The notes under the pieces were generated by a model. It did no database searches, had not been told where the DNA came from, and saw only the letters and a list, made by a program, of their open reading frames with translations. DNA of 64,000 bases from a bacterium (GTDB lineage Bacteria > RBG-13-61-14 > DATKZS01): the NCBI GenBank assembly GCA_963674965.2, contig CAXXFL010000001.1, positions 1,056,001 through 1,120,000 of the forward strand. The letters are read 5' to 3'. Position 1 is the first letter of the stretch. The number at the start of each line of letters is the position of its first letter. Both the position numbers and the translations under genes were made by a program. Shown piece after piece: positions 58,258-64,000 of the stretch.

Positions 58258-59285
58258 AAAAAGCCTCTCCTCTTCGCCGTCTGGCCTTTTCCCTGATACC
58301 GGCGCTGATTTTCTTCGCGCTGCTCGAGGTCTGTCTTCGGGCCACCGGCTTTCATTACCAGCGCTCCCGTTCCTATATGACCTTCAACTTCCCGAACCCG
58401 AACGAGCTGCATAATATCTTCCAGCCCGATCCGGAGCTGCTCTGGAGGCTCCGTCCCGGATACGTTTTAGGTGAGGGTTTCGCGCCGCTCAACTCGAGGG
58501 GCTTTCGAGGCGACGAGTCGTCCCCCAAAAAACCGGGGCTTTTTCGGCTGGCCTGCGTTGGAGACTCCGTCATCTTCGGCCGGCCCGGGGCCGACCTGGC
58601 CGCTCTGATCGAGGAGGCCTCAAGCTCTTCCCTCGAGGCCATGAACTTCGGCGTGCCGGGTTACTCGAGCTGGCAAGGTAAAAAACTCCTGCCCCGGATA
58701 CTGGAGGAATACAAGCCCGACGCCGCGCTGATAATGTTCGGATGGAACGACCACTGGCTGGCCAAGGGGTTCGCGGACAAGGACCAGATCGTGACCGAGT
58801 CCATCGCCGCCGACGCTCTCGACCCGATCCGAGGCCTTCGAGTGTACCAGCTTCTGCACAAGACCTCGGACAAGCTCCGGCAAACCAAGAAAAACGCGCC
58901 CGCCACCCTCCGCGTGTCAAGAGAAGATTATAAGGAGAACCTTGTCGCCATGGCGGACCTCGCCCGCGGCGCCGGCGCTATTCCCATCTTCGCCGTCCCT
59001 CCAAGCGCCATCGGAGTGGACAAAGTCCCCGACTACCTGACCTACCTCGAGTTTATTAAGAAGCAGGAAGACCTCGCCAAAATTCACGGCCAGTACTCCG
59101 AGATCACCCGCCAGACCGCGATGGAGCAAAAGGTGGTCCTCGTTGACCTGGAGAAGACTTTCCAGGGAAGAGACCTTCGCGAGTTGTTCAACGACCCTTC
59201 CCGGGACGTTATTCATCCCAATCCGGAGGGCTACCGGATCATGGCCGAGGAGATAGCCCGGACCTTGGCGCGAATCGATCGCTGA
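58254..59285 (+). CDS. Membrane-anchored SGNH/GDSL hydrolase-family protein
   Basis: N-terminal TM, NSRGFR, VGDSVIFG, NFGVPGY, GWND, DVIHPN. Confidence 0.88.
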   Translation: MKKASPLRRLAFSLIPALIFFALLEVCLRATGFHYQRSRSYMTFNFPNPNELHNIFQPDPELLWRLRPGYVLGEGFAPLNSRGFRGDESSPKKPGLFRLACVGDSVIFGRPGADLAALIEEASSSSLEAMNFGVPGYSSWQGKKLLPRILEEYKPDAALIMFGWNDHWLAKGFADKDQIVTESIAADALDPIRGLRVYQLLHKTSDKLRQTKKNAPATLRVSREDYKENLVAMADLARGAGAIPIFAVPPSAIGVDKVPDYLTYLEFIKKQEDLAKIHGQYSEITRQTAMEQKVVLVDLEKTFQGRDLRELFNDPSRDVIHPNPEGYRIMAEEIARTLARIDR

Positions 59286-59467
59286 TTTTGTTGGCTTCCG
59301 GCTTGCATTCCGGCCCGTTACCGCAATAAGATACGGTTCTCAGGGAGAGGAGCAGGGGAGTACTTCCGCCCGGCCGGACGGGTTCATGGGGAAGCAGGGT
59401 GGAAGCTACTCGTAGTTTTTTTACGATGGCTCATCGAGCCATGTTCAGTAACCATGAGGAGGCTTAA

Positions 59468-60751
<1,284 letters not shown>

Positions 60752-60831
60752 TCAAGACGAAACAAAGTCTCGGGCGGCCGGGCGCGCCCCGGTCGGGACG
60801 GGTTTGCCTACTGAAATTCAAGGAGACGACT

Positions 60832-61884
60832 ATGGGCTTTTTTACGATAGAGTGGCGAGACGGCAAGGTCTTGATGATCGACCAGCGCCGTCTTCCGGTC
60901 GAGGAAATTTACAACGAATATACGAGTTACGAGGAAGTGGCCGAGGCCATCGAGGTCATGGTCATTCGAGGCGCCCCGGCCATAGGCGTGGCCGCGGCCA
61001 TGGGCGTGGCCCTGGCGGCCCGGGAGGGAGCGGCCAAGGACTCGGAAGCCGATTTCAAGGGTACCATGGAGACCGCCTACGCCCGTCTGCTTAGGACCCG
61101 GCCCACGGCGGTCAACCTCTTCTGGGCCATTGACCGCATGAAGAAGCTCGAGAAGAGCATGAACGGCGCCTCCCCCCGCGAGATCGCCGAGGCCATGGAA
61201 AAAGAATCCATCCTGGTCCTCAAGGAGGACGTCGAGATCAACCGTAAAATGGGATTCAAAGGGGCCGAGTATATCGACGACGGTGACGTCGTCCTCACCC
61301 ACTGCAACGCCGGGGCCCTGGCCACGGGCGGATACGGAACGGCCCTGGGCGTCATCAGGGCGGCCGTCGAGCAGGGAAAGAAAATTCAGGTCGTGGCCGA
61401 CGAGACGCGTCCCTTTTTACAGGGCGCCCGCCTCACGGTGTGGGAGCTTATGAAGGACGATATACCGGTTACCCTTATTACCGACAACATGGCCGGGCAC
61501 CTTATGAAGATGGGCAGGATCAACAAGGTCGTCACCGGCGCGGACAGGGTCGCCCATAACGGCGACGCGGCCAATAAGATCGGGACTTACTCGGTGGCCG
61601 TGCTGGCCAACAGACATGAGGTCCCCTTCTTTATCGCGGCGCCCCTCTCGACGGTGGACCGCGATACCCCGACGGGCGACCAGATACCCATCGAGGAAAG
61701 GACCCCCACCGAGATCACTCACGTGCTCGGGACCAGGATAGTGCCGGAGGGGACCAAGGTATTCCATCCGGCTTTCGACGTGACCCCCGCCGAACTGATC
61801 AAGGCCCTTTTTACCGAGGCCGGCGTGGCCGAGCCGCCAAGCGTGAAAAACATCGACGCGCTCTTTCAAAAAGCGGGACGGTAA
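60832..61884 (+). CDS. mtnA: S-methyl-5-thioribose-1-phosphate isomerase
   Basis: [43 protein letters not shown]. Confidence 0.95.
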   Translation: MGFFTIEWRDGKVLMIDQRRLPVEEIYNEYTSYEEVAEAIEVMVIRGAPAIGVAAAMGVALAAREGAAKDSEADFKGTMETAYARLLRTRPTAVNLFWAIDRMKKLEKSMNGASPREIAEAMEKESILVLKEDVEINRKMGFKGAEYIDDGDVVLTHCNAGALATGGYGTALGVIRAAVEQGKKIQVVADETRPFLQGARLTVWELMKDDIPVTLITDNMAGHLMKMGRINKVVTGADRVAHNGDAANKIGTYSVAVLANRHEVPFFIAAPLSTVDRDTPTGDQIPIEERTPTEITHVLGTRIVPEGTKVFHPAFDVTPAELIKALFTEAGVAEPPSVKNIDALFQKAGR

Positions 61885-61906
61885 ATTCAAGACACGGAGT
61901 TAATGA

Positions 61907-63001
61907 ATGCGGGACATTATCGGAAAAAGCAAATATGAGATAGACACGCCCGCCTTTCTTGTCGACCTTGACAAGCTCAAAGGCAACGTCCGGAAAATGG
62001 CCGACTTCTTCAAGGACAAGCCATGCGGGCTCCGGCCCCACTGGAAGACGCCCAAGACGGTCGAGATAGCCAAGATGCAGCTCGAGGCCGGCGCCATCGG
62101 CATCACCTGCGCCAAGGTGAGCGAGGCCGAGATACTGGTGGACTCGGGAGTCAAGGACGTTCTCATCGCCAACGAGGTGGTGGGCCCAAGGAAGGTCGAG
62201 AAACTGTCGGCGCTGAACGCTCGGGCGGACGTCAAATGCGCGGCGGACGACCCGGGCCAGGTAAAGGCCCTTTCCGAGGCGGCCATTGCCGCCGGCGTTA
62301 CCATTGGCGTGGTTATAGACGTTTTCGTCGGGCTTCCCCGCTGCGGCGTGAAGCCCGAGGACGCCGCGGCCCTGGCCAAGATCGTGGACCAGGCCGGTGG
62401 ACTAAAGCTTCGGGGCGTGATGGGATACGAGGGCCACGTGGTCAACATCGAGGACGTGGAGCAGCGAAAGGCCGAGGCTCACAAAAGCATGGGCATGCTG
62501 GTCCAGGCGGCCGAGTCCATCCGCGCCTCGGGTCTTCCCTGCGACCTCGTGTCGGGAGGCGGAAGCGGAACGTACAACTTCAGCGGGACCTTTCCCGGCG
62601 TGACCGAAATCCAGGCCGGCTCCTATTGCCTCATGGACGTGAAATACGGAAAGCTGGACATGGGCTTCGAAAAGGCCGTAACCATACTCTCATCCGTCTG
62701 GTCCAAGGCCCCGGCCCTGCCCGGCTGGACCATCATCGACGCGGGCATGAAAACCATGACCTACGAGTTCGGTCTTCCCGAGCTGATCGGCGTTCCCAAC
62801 GCTCGGCTGGCCATGCTCAGCGAGGAGCACGGTCACCTGTTCGCGGAGGGCGCCGACCCGGGCCTCGAGCTGGGGGACAAGGTCGAGCTGTATCCTTCCC
62901 ATATCTGCACCACCATCAACCTGCACGACTGGATGTACGTCATCCAGGACGAGGAGGTTGTTGACGTCTGGGAAATCAAGGGAAGAGGAAAAAGCCGGTA
63001 A
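61907..63001 (+). CDS. DSD1-family fold-type-III PLP enzyme (D-threonine aldolase / D-serine dehydratase-like)
   Basis: LRPHWKT, GITCAK, MGYEGH, EIQAGSY, DAGMK, SEEHG, HIC. Confidence 0.88.
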   Translation: MRDIIGKSKYEIDTPAFLVDLDKLKGNVRKMADFFKDKPCGLRPHWKTPKTVEIAKMQLEAGAIGITCAKVSEAEILVDSGVKDVLIANEVVGPRKVEKLSALNARADVKCAADDPGQVKALSEAAIAAGVTIGVVIDVFVGLPRCGVKPEDAAALAKIVDQAGGLKLRGVMGYEGHVVNIEDVEQRKAEAHKSMGMLVQAAESIRASGLPCDLVSGGGSGTYNFSGTFPGVTEIQAGSYCLMDVKYGKLDMGFEKAVTILSSVWSKAPALPGWTIIDAGMKTMTYEFGLPELIGVPNARLAMLSEEHGHLFAEGADPGLELGDKVELYPSHICTTINLHDWMYVIQDEEVVDVWEIKGRGKSR

Positions 63002-63014
63002 GGGATTTCTCGGG

Positions 63015-64000
63015 CTAGACAATAGTCAACAAGGACGCGATCTCGGCGTGGTCTCCTTCCCTGGCCGCGTCGAGAGGCGTCTTGCCCTTCTCATCCTTGG
63101 CCAAGGGGTCAGCCCCTCGTGAAAGAAGAAACTCGACCAGGTCGGACCTTCCCGACCTCGAGGCCAGGTGAAGCGGCGTCAAACCCGCCGCGTCGCGGGC
63201 GTTAACCTCGGCCTTCCGGGCCAAAAGCAGCTCCGCCGACTTAAGGTCCCCAGCCTGGGCCGCCGCGTGAAGCGGAGTAAAGCCACCCCGCGCCCTGGCG
63301 TTCACGTCCGCGCCCTTCCCGAGAAGCAGCCAGACCATGGCCTGCCGGTCCTGGGAAATGGCCACGTGAAGAGGAGTACGGCCCTGGTCGTCAACGCGGT
63401 TGACCCTGCCCGGGTCCTCGGCCAGAAGCTCCGACACCGCCCGCAGATTGCCCAGCATCACCGCGTCCATGACGTAATAGCGAGCGCCCTTCTCGATCAG
63501 GTGGTCGGCAAGGCCGGAGTGCCCCCTGCCCACCGCGCGGTTAAGGGGCGTGTAGCCCGACTCCGTCTGGTGGTTGACGTTGGCCCCGCTCTCGAGAAGC
63601 AGGTCCACAGCCGCCCGGTTGCCGGTCTCGGCCGCCAGATGAAGGGGGGTCATGCCGAGTTGATCAACCACGTGGACGCCGGCGCCCTTCCCGATTAAAA
63701 GCCTCATGACCTCCACTTGCTCGCGTGAGGCGGCCAGATGCAAGAGGCTTCTTCCCAGGCGGTCGGACGCGTTGGGACCGGCCCCCCTTTCGACGAAAAG
63801 CGCCACCGCGTCCCATTTGCCCGCCGCGGCCGCCAGTATGGAACAGACCACGCCGTCGGCGTCGGCCAGGTTGGGGTCCGCGCCAAAGTCAAGAAGATGG
63901 TTGACGGCCTCGAGGCTTCCCGCCTGGGCCGCGGCGTGCAGGGCGGACCGGAACCTGAGGTCAAGGGCGTCCACGCCGGCCCCGTTTTCCAGAAGCAGCT
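63015..64000 (-). CDS. Ankyrin-repeat protein (5' end outside the window)
   Basis: Multiple TPLHxAA..G..LL..GADVN repeats; frame stays open to the window edge. Confidence 0.9.
   Translation of the reverse strand, partial: LLLENGAGVDALDLRFRSALHAAAQAGSLEAVNHLLDFGADPNLADADGVVCSILAAAAGKWDAVALFVERGAGPNASDRLGRSLLHLAASREQVEVMRLLIGKGAGVHVVDQLGMTPLHLAAETGNRAAVDLLLESGANVNHQTESGYTPLNRAVGRGHSGLADHLIEKGARYYVMDAVMLGNLRAVSELLAEDPGRVNRVDDQGRTPLHVAISQDRQAMVWLLLGKGADVNARARGGFTPLHAAAQAGDLKSAELLLARKAEVNARDAAGLTPLHLASRSGRSDLVEFLLSRGADPLAKDEKGKTPLDAAREGDHAEIASLLTIV

Overview
GC-rich (roughly 60%) chromosomal window from a flagellated diderm bacterium. The gene content resembles Desulfobacterota/Myxococcota-type 'Deltaproteobacteria', but this is an inference. 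All assignments come from reading motifs by eye, with no database searches. Ordinary content includes hemA, a DegQ-like protease, EmrAB, TonB, a ClC channel, tRNA-Gly and tRNA-Cys, an L,D-transpeptidase, ZnuABC, a TetR-TolC-MFP-RND efflux operon, a beta-CASP nuclease, a GT4 with two SGNH proteins, eno, mtnA, a DSD1-type PLP enzyme and an ankyrin protein. Five things stand out. (1) A cobalamin-riboswitch-controlled operon (13.1-21.5 kb) encodes a BtuB-like receptor and two modular secreted proteins: a BtuG-like propeller protein, and a 1325-aa protein with a BtuH-like domain, Ca-binding repeats, a 7-repeat propeller and a dockerin-like tail. It is a candidate extracellular corrinoid-scavenging apparatus. 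(2) A minus-strand operon (25.2-32.8 kb) centres on an ATP-grasp ligase with an unusual circular permutation (ExN at the extreme N-terminus, the Asp strand at the extreme C-terminus). It also encodes a methyltransferase, a DUF885 protein, a small sulfite-reductase-like protein, a rubredoxin-membrane protein and two kappa-GST-like proteins, and is interrupted by an AT-rich gene. (3) An orphan flagellin and a hypothetical gene, each with a sigma-28 promoter, flank a B12-dependent radical SAM gene. (4) An intact IS4-type element has perfect 21-bp IRs and an 8-bp target duplication. (5) CTCGAG is strongly over-represented.
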